A stretch of 64,000 bases of DNA from an uncultured Desulfohalobiaceae bacterium (lineage in GTDB: Bacteria; Desulfobacterota; Desulfovibrionia; Desulfovibrionales; Desulfothermaceae), in NCBI GenBank assembly GCA_964619345.1, contig CAZUER010000002.1, forward strand, positions 15,011 through 79,010. The letters run 5' to 3'. Below are positions 18,965 to 26,451 of the stretch, piece by piece. Under the pieces are notes generated by a model, which had not been told where the DNA came from, searched no databases, and worked only from the letters and a program-made list of their open reading frames with translations. The position numbers and the translations under genes were made by a program. The first letter of the stretch is position 1. Each line of letters starts with the position of its first letter.

Positions 18965-19375
18965 ATGCGCAGCATCCGCAGTACACGTCAGCGTTCCAGG
19001 GGGAGTACGGAACTTAATATCGCCCCCTTGATCGATATGGTTTTCATTCTACTTATTTTTTTCCTGGTCACCACCAGCTTTGTCAAAGAGTCCGGGGTCG
19101 AAGTGCAGCGGCCAGTGGCTCAGAGCGCTGAAGACCAGAAGACCACTTTGATCATCGGGGTTACCTCTGAAAACAGGGTATACATGGAAGGCAAGCCTAT
19201 TGACGTTCGATCTGTGCAGGCCCATGTAGAGCGGTTCTCATTGCAAAACCCCGGGGCCAATGTGGTCATTGCCGCAGATAAAGACAGCAGATCAGGGACC
19301 GTGATCCAGGTCCTTGATGCCTGCCGGCTGGCCGGCGTGCGGGATGTGGCCGTCGCCGCCAGCCGGCCGGGGTGA
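18965..19375 (+). CDS. exbD: ExbD/TolR-family protein
   Basis: ELNIAPLIDMVFILLIFFLVTTSF is a canonical ExbD N-terminus. The protein is 136 aa. Confidence 0.9.
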   Translation: MRSIRSTRQRSRGSTELNIAPLIDMVFILLIFFLVTTSFVKESGVEVQRPVAQSAEDQKTTLIIGVTSENRVYMEGKPIDVRSVQAHVERFSLQNPGANVVIAADKDSRSGTVIQVLDACRLAGVRDVAVAASRPG

Positions 19376-19383
19376 TTTCAGGC

Positions 19384-20157
19384 ATGTCCTCTCAATGGCT
19401 GCACACAGCAGACCCCCGCGGCTGGAAGCGTTGGCGCAGACACGCTTTGGTTCTGGCCGCTACTATCAGCCTGAATGTGCTCATTTTCTTGACCATTCCA
19501 TTTTTATCCCAGATCAGGGAAGCAGAGCCTGAGAACTCTCGTTTGGCCGGGACTCCAACAGTTGTAAGCTTGCAGCAAAAAAGCCCTCCCCAGGCCGATT
19601 CCCAGGATGAGCCAAAGCCTCCGGAGCCAGAAGAGCCCAAAGAGATGCCGCAGCCGGACTTCCAGCCTGAGCAAGTGGAGCTTTCCCCTCCGAACCAGCC
19701 CGAACTTCCGGAGCTGCAAATAGATATGCCGCAGATAGAACTGGGCCGGATCGAAGTCAGCCAGCCCGAAGAACCTCAACAGATGCAGACCAGCCCCAAA
19801 CCCCAACCCAAGTCGAAACCAGCCGCACTCCCTGCCCAACCTGAGCCATCTGCGCAAGACACCAAATTCTCCTTGAGCGAAGTCGATTCACACCCCAGGC
19901 TGGTGCGAAAAGTCAATCCCACATATCCGTTTCGGGCCAAGCGCCGGGGGGTAGAAGGTAAAGTGATCGTCCGTTTTTTGGTTGACAATCAAGGACGGGT
20001 GAGCGAATTCAGCGTTGTGCAGGCCGAGCCGGAGGGCGTGTTTGAAGAAAGTGCCCTCAGGGCTGTGCGCAAATGGCGCTTTGAACCAGGAGAAAAAGAT
20101 GGAAAACCCGTGGATACCTGGGTTCAGGTCCCTATCCGGTTCGAGCTTTCCAGGTAA
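19384..20157 (+). CDS. tonB: TonB-family energy transducer
   Basis: One TM helix, a Pro/Glu-rich spacer (PKPPEPEEPKEMPQPDFQPE...), and a C-terminal TonB domain (YPFRAKRRGVEGKVIVRFLVDNQGRV...PIRFEL). Confidence 0.85.
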   Translation: MSSQWLHTADPRGWKRWRRHALVLAATISLNVLIFLTIPFLSQIREAEPENSRLAGTPTVVSLQQKSPPQADSQDEPKPPEPEEPKEMPQPDFQPEQVELSPPNQPELPELQIDMPQIELGRIEVSQPEEPQQMQTSPKPQPKSKPAALPAQPEPSAQDTKFSLSEVDSHPRLVRKVNPTYPFRAKRRGVEGKVIVRFLVDNQGRVSEFSVVQAEPEGVFEESALRAVRKWRFEPGEKDGKPVDTWVQVPIRFELSR

Positions 20158-20178
20158 ATCCCGCTGGGTACATCAAAT

Positions 20179-21135
20179 ATGAAAAACATTTGGGTTGGCT
20201 TATTCTGCCTGGTCATCGTGGTCGTTGCCCTTCTCGAGCCTGGCTCACCAGGAAAGGCCGCGGCCAGATCTGTGATGGATCAATTGGGCCGAAAGGTCCA
20301 CCTGCCCGAGGAGATACACCGGATAGTCTCCTTGGCCCCCAGTATTACCGAGAGCATATTCGCCATTGATCAGGGCCATAAATTGACGGGAGTGACCCGG
20401 TACAGCGATTATCCCCCACAGGTCAAGGATATCCCTTCCGTCGGTTCATATATCAACCTCAATGTGGAAAAGATCGTCAGCTTGCAGCCGGACTTGTGTT
20501 TGGCCACCAAGGACGGCAATCCCTATCAAACGATACAGCAGCTGGAACGGACTGGCATATCGGTATACGCCCTGGATCCCAGGGATCTGCAGGCTATTAT
20601 GGCCACAATTGAGGAACTGGGCCGGTTGCTCGGGGCCCAGGAGCAGGCCGATCAGGTGGTCGGGAAGATGCGCAGGGAGCTTAAAGAGCTGCGTGATGTT
20701 GTGGATCGGGCCGAGCATCGGCCACGGGTCTTTTTTCAAATCGGGATTTCACCCATTGTTTCCGTTGGCAGGGATACGTTTATTCATGAACTTATTACCC
20801 TGGCTGGAGGAGAGAATGTTGCGGCTGGTCCTGTCCAGTATCCCCGCTATTCCCGGGAGGATGTCCTCGTATTCAATCCGGATATCATTTTAATCAATTC
20901 TATGAGCCAGGAAGAGGATTTGGTCCAGGCGGAAATTGACAAATGGCAGGCTTTTTCTCAGATCGAGGCCGTGGCCGGAGGCCGTATACATTCCCTGGAC
21001 GCCAGTCTGTTCAATCGACCCACCCCCAGACTGGTCAAGGCCTTGCGCGTCCTGGTCCGCCTGTTTCATCCCGGTTTGGCCCGAAATGAGGATTCACCCC
21101 AAGTATTCGGAGATGATTTCGAGATCCGTCCATGA
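20179..21135 (+). CDS. BtuF-like periplasmic binding protein (corrinoid/haem/siderophore class)
   Basis: Signal peptide followed by RIVSLAPSITESIFAI, EKIVSLQPDLCLA and a single long connecting helix, as in the BtuF class. Confidence 0.8.
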   Translation: MKNIWVGLFCLVIVVVALLEPGSPGKAAARSVMDQLGRKVHLPEEIHRIVSLAPSITESIFAIDQGHKLTGVTRYSDYPPQVKDIPSVGSYINLNVEKIVSLQPDLCLATKDGNPYQTIQQLERTGISVYALDPRDLQAIMATIEELGRLLGAQEQADQVVGKMRRELKELRDVVDRAEHRPRVFFQIGISPIVSVGRDTFIHELITLAGGENVAAGPVQYPRYSREDVLVFNPDIILINSMSQEEDLVQAEIDKWQAFSQIEAVAGGRIHSLDASLFNRPTPRLVKALRVLVRLFHPGLARNEDSPQVFGDDFEIRP

Positions 21136-22163
21136 GCAAGGGACATGCCACTGAGTCCGTCAGTCACCACGGAAGCCTGTCTCGGATAATCTGGATATGT
21201 TCAGGGCTGGTTCTGGGGCTGGGTTTGGTCATGATTTTGGGTCTGGCCTGGGGGTCAACAGGCGAGCACCTTATGGCCGTATTCAAGGCAGTGCTCTCCG
21301 GTAACCTCAGAGAGTCAGTCCACTGGACTATTATCTGGCAGATCCGTCTTCCCCGGGTATTGCTGGCTGCAGCGGTCGGGGCCACCCTGGGGGTGGGTGG
21401 TCTGGTCTTCCAGGCCTTGCTGCGCAACCCTCTGGCTGAGCCTTATATCCTCGGCGTATCTGGTGGCTCTGCAGTGGGAGCGGTGCTGGGCATGATGCTG
21501 GGCCTGCGTTTTTTCCCCGGGGTGGCTGGTCTGGCCTTTTCCGGAAGTCTGATTACTTTGCTTTTGGTCCTGCTTTTGACCTCCAAGCGGAGGCTGATCC
21601 AGGAAAACAGCCTGCTTTTGGCCGGGGTGATGGTCAACGCCTTTTGCTCGGCCATCATCACCTTTCTTATCTCCATCACCGAACATACCAAGCTTCAGGG
21701 CATTTTGTTCTGGCTTATGGGTGACCTGTCCAGTGCTGATATTGTCCAGGTTGGGGGGCTGGTGTTTCTTTTGCTGCCCAGCTTTGTCCTGGTATTTGTC
21801 CTGGCCCGACCCATGAACCTCCTGCAGTTCGGCCGGGATACGGCGAACAGCCTGGGAGTAAATGTCAAGGCGGTCACCGCAACCCTGCTGGTGGTTACTT
21901 CACTCACTGTCAGCGCTTCCGTATGCCTTGTAGGGTTGGTGGGTTTTGTGGGCCTGGTTATTCCCCACTTGTTGCGCATGTTGTGGGGGTCGGATCATCG
22001 CCTGCTGGTCCCGGCCTGTATCTTGGGCGGAGCCATGTTTATGACCGGTTGTGATTTGGTGGCCAGGTTGGCCTCAACTCATGGCCAGCTCCCTGTGGGC
22101 GTGGTTACAGCCTTGATCGGCGCTCCGGCCTTTATTGTTCTTTTGGCTCGGTCCAAGACATGA
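21132..22163 (+). CDS. FecCD/BtuC-family ABC permease
   Basis: IWQIRLPRVLLAAAVGATLGVGGLVFQALLRNPLAEPYILGVSGG and ALIGAPAFIVLL. Confidence 0.9.
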   Translation: MSKGHATESVSHHGSLSRIIWICSGLVLGLGLVMILGLAWGSTGEHLMAVFKAVLSGNLRESVHWTIIWQIRLPRVLLAAAVGATLGVGGLVFQALLRNPLAEPYILGVSGGSAVGAVLGMMLGLRFFPGVAGLAFSGSLITLLLVLLLTSKRRLIQENSLLLAGVMVNAFCSAIITFLISITEHTKLQGILFWLMGDLSSADIVQVGGLVFLLLPSFVLVFVLARPMNLLQFGRDTANSLGVNVKAVTATLLVVTSLTVSASVCLVGLVGFVGLVIPHLLRMLWGSDHRLLVPACILGGAMFMTGCDLVARLASTHGQLPVGVVTALIGAPAFIVLLARSKT

Positions 22164-22270
22164 GAAAATCTGAAACCTGAAATGCACAAGCTCTGATAGC
22201 AAGCCCGCAGCATGCAAAGACCTTCCTGAAACGTACAAACCAAAAACGACAGGCGGCAGAGGAGAAGAAC

Positions 22271-23101
22271 ATGGGTTCTGGGAATGCCGTTCGGGTATCC
22301 GGGCTTTGTGCCGGATACGACCAGGTCAATGTCCTGGATTCGGTCAGTTTCTCCGTGTCCAAGGGTGAGCTCTTGGTCCTCATCGGACCCAATGGATCGG
22401 GAAAAAGCACTCTGCTCAAAGCCATGTCCGGCATCCTTCGCCCGGAGGCCGGCGAGGTGGAGGTATTGGGCCGAGACATCCGCTCCCAATCCAGACGGGA
22501 AATGGCCAGGAAAGTGGCCTTGGTCTCCCAGCAGGGAACAGTCAATACTTCGTACACTGTTTTGGAAACTGTGCTCATGGGCCGCTATCCGCATCAGGGC
22601 CTGTTGGGTATGGAGAGTAGACGAGATATACAGGTGGCCAGGAAGGCCATGCATTCCACCCGGATTGAGCATCTCCAGAAACGGTATCTGGGCCAGCTGA
22701 GCGGGGGCGAGCTGCAGCGGGTGCTCATAGCCAGGGCCCTGTGCCAGGAGCCGGAGATCATGCTTTTGGACGAACCTACCTCTGCACTGGACCTGGCCCA
22801 TCAAGTGCGCATTATGGATCTGCTGGAGGAGCTGCATGCCGAGCATGAGTTGACCGTTATCATGGCTGCCCATGATTTAAACCTGGCATCCCTGTACGGG
22901 CAGCGCATACTGCTCCTGCGCAAAGGACAGGTGGCCGGCTTGGGTCCGCCCCGCAGCGTGCTCACCTTTGAGAATCTGGAAGCGGTTTTTGGCTGCGTGC
23001 TCCTGGTGGATGAAAGCTCCCTGGATCAACTGCCTAGGATTACAGTTATACCGGGACGGTACCTGGATAAAGAAATCGGGTCTTTTGAAGTTGTACATTA
23101 G
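22271..23101 (+). CDS. ABC transporter ATP-binding protein (BtuD/FecE-like)
   Basis: Walker A GPNGSGKST, signature LSGGELQR and Walker B MLLDEP. Confidence 0.9.
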   Translation: MGSGNAVRVSGLCAGYDQVNVLDSVSFSVSKGELLVLIGPNGSGKSTLLKAMSGILRPEAGEVEVLGRDIRSQSRREMARKVALVSQQGTVNTSYTVLETVLMGRYPHQGLLGMESRRDIQVARKAMHSTRIEHLQKRYLGQLSGGELQRVLIARALCQEPEIMLLDEPTSALDLAHQVRIMDLLEELHAEHELTVIMAAHDLNLASLYGQRILLLRKGQVAGLGPPRSVLTFENLEAVFGCVLLVDESSLDQLPRITVIPGRYLDKEIGSFEVVH

Positions 23102-23134
23102 AACAAAAGTCTCGTCTGCCTGGTGTGAATTTCC

Positions 23135-23193
23135 TTGACAAGGGAAGCGGCGGCGTGTATCTATATGTCCGTGGCACGGATATCAGCATATCT
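23135..23193 (+). promoter_or_regulatory. candidate sahR promoter with overlapping palindromic operator(s)
   Basis: TTGACA (23135-23140), 17 nt, then TATCTA (23158-23163). Next come the near-palindrome ATATGTCCGTG-G-CACGGATAT (23164-23184) and GATAT-CAGC-ATATC (23180-23193). Confidence 0.4.
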
Positions 23194-23207
23194 TTATATG
23201 AAAATTT

Positions 23208-24137
23208 ATGGATAAGATAAAGGTTTTTAAAGCTCTGGCCGACGAAACTCGGTTTCGGTTGTTCATCCTCCTCTTGCACCATGAGTTCAATGTGAATGAG
23301 ATGGTACAGGCACTGGAAATGGGGCAGTCGCGCATTTCCAGGCATTTGAAGATACTAACCGAAAGCGGGGTGCTGACATCTCGGAGGAATGGCAGTTTTG
23401 TCTATTACCATGCAGTCATCAACGAAGAGAACAAGGCCCTGATCGAATATTTGCGCCAGGACCTGGAAAATGCCCCAGGTCTCAAGCAGGACCTGCAACG
23501 GGCGGAGGTCATCTATGCCGAACGTAAGGATCGTACGGCCCGTTTTTTTCAGGATGTGGCCCAGGAATGGGATCAGATCAAGCATGAGGTTCTCGGGCCA
23601 ATAGATCTCAATACCATGATTGCCGAGGAGGTGCCTTCCTGCCAAGTGGCCGTGGATTTGGGATGTGGGACCGGTGAATTGGCATTGATGCTGGAGCAAA
23701 AAGCCCGAAGAATCATCGGCATAGACAGTTCGCCGCGGATGTTGGAACAAGCCAGGAAGCGCTTTGCCCACAATGGGCACAAAGTCGAACTTCGTTTAGG
23801 AGAGCTTGAGCATTTGCCCTTGGCAGATGAAGAGGCGGATTCAGCCGTGGTCAGCATGGCCTTACATACCCTATCCGTTCCTGCGGCCGGAATCCGGGAG
23901 GCCCGCAGGGTACTCAAACGCGGCGGCCGCTTGGTGCTGGTGGATTTCGACAAACACGACCGTTCTGATGTGCGGGATCGTTTCGGCGGACCGTGGATGG
24001 GTCTGGCCACAGACGAAGTCAGGCAGTGGTTGGATGATGCCGGATTCATCCTCAAACGCACGGATCAGATTTCAGTGAAGAACGGTCTGTGCATCAATAT
24101 GTTTGTAGCAGATAAAGAGGGAGAGTCTTCTGGCTGA
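23208..24137 (+). CDS. sahR: ArsR-family HTH fused to a SAM-dependent methyltransferase-like domain (SahR-type regulator)
   Basis: The N-terminus FKALADETRFRLFILLLHHEFNVNEMVQALEMGQSRISRHLKIL is an ArsR wHTH. The C-terminus has methyltransferase motif I, VDLGCGTGE. It lies immediately upstream of ahcY, the arrangement described for SahR. Confidence 0.75.
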   Translation: MDKIKVFKALADETRFRLFILLLHHEFNVNEMVQALEMGQSRISRHLKILTESGVLTSRRNGSFVYYHAVINEENKALIEYLRQDLENAPGLKQDLQRAEVIYAERKDRTARFFQDVAQEWDQIKHEVLGPIDLNTMIAEEVPSCQVAVDLGCGTGELALMLEQKARRIIGIDSSPRMLEQARKRFAHNGHKVELRLGELEHLPLADEEADSAVVSMALHTLSVPAAGIREARRVLKRGGRLVLVDFDKHDRSDVRDRFGGPWMGLATDEVRQWLDDAGFILKRTDQISVKNGLCINMFVADKEGESSG

Positions 24138-24162
24138 AAACCTTCAATTAAGGAGTTATAAG

Positions 24163-25425
24163 ATGGACAAAGGAAGCACCTACGAAGTCAAAGACATGGG
24201 GCTGACCGCCCAGGGAAAGAATAATTTGGAATTGGCTGAGCTGCACATGGGAGCTCTCTTGGAAGTACGGGAGCGTTTTGCCCAGGAAAAGCCCCTGCAG
24301 GGGGTTCGGGTGGGCTTGGCCCTGCACGTAACCAAAGAAACCGGGATTCTGGTCCGCACTCTGCAAGCCGGCGGTGCAGATGTGGCCATCACTGGGTGCA
24401 ACCCCTTGTCCACCCAGGATGATGTGGCCGCGGCCCTGGCTGACGAAGGAGTCAAGGTTTGGGCCTATAAAGGTGAAACCACCGAAGATTACTACCGGTA
24501 TATCGAGAACGTCATCGCTTTCAAACCTCAGATTACCATAGATGATGGATGCGATCTGGTTTCGGAGATCCACAAAAAGCATGCCCATCTCATCCCGGAC
24601 ATCATCTGCGGTTGCGAAGAGACGACCACAGGCATTATCCGGCTCAAGGCCATGGAAAAAGACAATGCCTTGAAGTATCCCATGATTGCCGTGAACGACA
24701 ACAAGACCAAGCATTTGGTGGACAACTATTACGGCACCGGGCAATCGACCATCGACGGCATCACCCGGGCCACCAACCTGCTTTGGGCTGGAAAGACGGT
24801 GGTAGTCAACGGCTATGGCAGCTGCGGCCGGGGCGTGGCCTTAAAAGCCGAAGGCATGGGCTCCAATGTGGTCATTACCGAAGTGGATAACTTCCGGGCT
24901 CTGCAGGCCGCTTATGACGGCTTTCGGATTCTGCCCATGAACGAAGCCGCACGTATCGGGGATGTCTTTTGCTCTGTGACCGGGAACAAGCACGTGATCA
25001 GCTTTGAGCACATGAAGCTGATGAAAAACGGGGCCATTATGGCCAACTCCGGTCATTTCGACAATGAAATCGAGCTGTCAACTCTGTCCGAGAAGGCCGA
25101 ATCCAGGCGCAACGTGCGGCCGTTTATGGAAGAGTATGTCCTGGACGGCAAAAAGCTCTTTGTTTTGGGGGAAGGGCGCTTGGTGAACCTGGCTGCGGCC
25201 GAGGGCCATCCCAGTGAAGTCATGTCTACTTCTTTCTGCGGCCAGGCTCTGTCCTGCGAGTTCGGAGTGAAAAACAAAGGCCGGATGGAAGCCAAAGTCC
25301 TGCAACTGCCTCCCGAGATTGATGATCAGATCGCCGGGTTGCAGCTCAAGGCCATGGGCATCAAGATCGACAGCCTCACTGCTGAACAAAACGATTATCT
25401 CAATTCCTGGGAAGAAGGTACGTAA
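24163..25425 (+). CDS. ahcY: adenosylhomocysteinase (short, archaeal/anaerobe type)
   Basis: GLALHVTKETGILVRTL, CNPLSTQDDVAAAL, DDGCDL, EETTTGI, NDNKTKHLVDNYYGTGQS, GYGSCGRG and GHFDNEI are all conserved SAHH blocks. Confidence 0.95.
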   Translation: MDKGSTYEVKDMGLTAQGKNNLELAELHMGALLEVRERFAQEKPLQGVRVGLALHVTKETGILVRTLQAGGADVAITGCNPLSTQDDVAAALADEGVKVWAYKGETTEDYYRYIENVIAFKPQITIDDGCDLVSEIHKKHAHLIPDIICGCEETTTGIIRLKAMEKDNALKYPMIAVNDNKTKHLVDNYYGTGQSTIDGITRATNLLWAGKTVVVNGYGSCGRGVALKAEGMGSNVVITEVDNFRALQAAYDGFRILPMNEAARIGDVFCSVTGNKHVISFEHMKLMKNGAIMANSGHFDNEIELSTLSEKAESRRNVRPFMEEYVLDGKKLFVLGEGRLVNLAAAEGHPSEVMSTSFCGQALSCEFGVKNKGRMEAKVLQLPPEIDDQIAGLQLKAMGIKIDSLTAEQNDYLNSWEEGT

Positions 25426-25458
25426 CCAGAGATCAGAGATCAGAAGTCAGAGGTCAGG
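25426..25458 (+). repeat. TCAGAG(G) tandem tract (family-A tail) directly after the ahcY stop
   Basis: CCAGAGATCAGAGATCAGAAGTCAGAGGTCAGG begins 1 nt after TAA 25423-25425. Confidence 0.6.
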
Positions 25459-25766
25459 TGGGCCAGGCCAAGCCTGGTAGGAGGGGATGAGTAAGACTCT
25501 GAAACTTCTTTAGGAACCCTGCGGTAACCAATCCGCCCGGGTAAGCGGCCAGCGCCCGGAACCGAGTGTTGCGCGGCCTGGAGTAATCCATGCCGTGAAG
25601 CGTCCACAGGGAATCAATAAGGGGGAGTGATTTCGCCTTTATTGGCAAAGGCATAGCGTGAAGAGCCGGATGCGTTATGTTGGCGCCAACATAATATGCG
25701 GGAAATCCTGCACGTCCGGATCCGTGGAGGGGCGGGAGAGAGAAATCTCTCCCGTCTACCCGACCC
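25452..25766. ncRNA. candidate structured RNA of unknown class (about 300 nt, strand unresolved)
   Basis: The block is GC-rich and the only ORF (104 aa, minus strand) has implausible composition. It contains many nested helices. These are GGGAGAG-AGAAAT-CTCTCCC (25734-25753) and the perfect palindrome TTATGTTGGCGCCAACATAA (25675-25694). GCGGG-AAAT-CCTGC (25698-25711) is enclosed by GAGCCGGATG (25663-25672) pairing with CGTCCGGATC (25713-25722). The ends can also pair: GGTCAGGTGG at 25452-25461 with CTACCCGACC at 25756-25765. Confidence 0.35.
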
Positions 25767-26387
25767 AAAAAAACGTTATAGCTTCAAATTTTATAGAATA
25801 TGTATATTCAAAATAACTTGTGTTTCATGAAAGAATTCTTGGTCTGTCGGAAATTTCCCTTTCCATCTAACTAGCGTATGCTTGTCCAGCTCTTTACTTG
25901 CATCATAAATTGTCTTCGCCACTATCCTTGCTTCACCTTCATCATTACAATGCTTCAAAAACACATGTCAACGACAGGAAGATGGTTCGATGGTTCCAAG
26001 CTGATCAAAAATTCGATTCGTATTCCAATTCTGCATCTCAAACAGCCTGGCTTGAACCTCCAGTTCGTCGATCTTTGTGTTCCATTCGTCCAGCTTGTAC
26101 TTTAATTTATCCATGGTCTACTGGCGCGAACGCATGCTTTTTCTCCTTAAGATTGGTTTCTACCCGATTCATACCCTGGACTCCGTAGGTAAAGCAGGAT
26201 AAATTAGACATAGTTTAGACTTTATCCATAGATATCAAGACGCAAGCCGGGCTGCAGGTCGTTGATGCCTTTCTCCAGGGCAGGTCGGACGGAGTCGGCA
26301 ATCAGACGAGTAAGTAGCCATGAGATTCGTCAGGCTGTTCGGTTTCTTGTTCTCAATCTGTCCTGGCAGAGCTGAATGCAGAGAGAT

Positions 26388-26419
26388 TCTTCACCCGAAG
26401 ACTCGTTCAGAATGACAAA
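26388..26419 (+). repeat. family-D 32-nt repeat, copy 2
   Basis: TCTTCACCCGAAGACTCGTTCAGAATGACAAA matches 13029-13060 at 29 of 32 positions. It lies about 30 nt upstream of the 26452 start. Confidence 0.6.
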
Positions 26420-26451
26420 TAAAGTCGACAGGGGAAGAAACAGGTCGAACT

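Noticed and set aside
25663-25722. Resemblance of GAGCCGGAUGCG...GCACGUCCGGAUC to group II intron domain V
   Set aside because: The two strands are separated by about 40 nt containing two extra hairpins instead of a 34-nt hairpin with a GNRA loop. There is no GUGYG 5' end, no RT/maturase, and the whole block is far too short for an intron.
25452-25766. RNase P RNA, tmRNA, SRP RNA, 6S RNA, or a cobalamin or SAH riboswitch as the identity of the structured block
   Set aside because: None of the signatures I remember is present on either strand. These include GGAAAGUCCGG and ACAGAACCCGGCUUA for RNase P. For tmRNA they include the GGGG...UUCGA start, a tag ORF ending ALAA-stop and a T-arm with ...CCACCA. 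For SRP the signature is GGAAGCAGCC, and for cobalamin it is the GCCACUG B12 box. A stretch GCGCUGGCCGCUUAC on the minus strand looks like an ALAA tag end, but it reads UAC rather than a stop.
25454-25768. 104-aa minus-strand ORF listed in the track
   Set aside because: Its composition (G/P/A/R/L-rich, e.g. MGRVDGRDFSLPPLHGSGRAGFPAYY...) is what a random frame through GC-rich structured sequence gives. It has no SD and no recognisable domain. I treat the block as a possible RNA instead.
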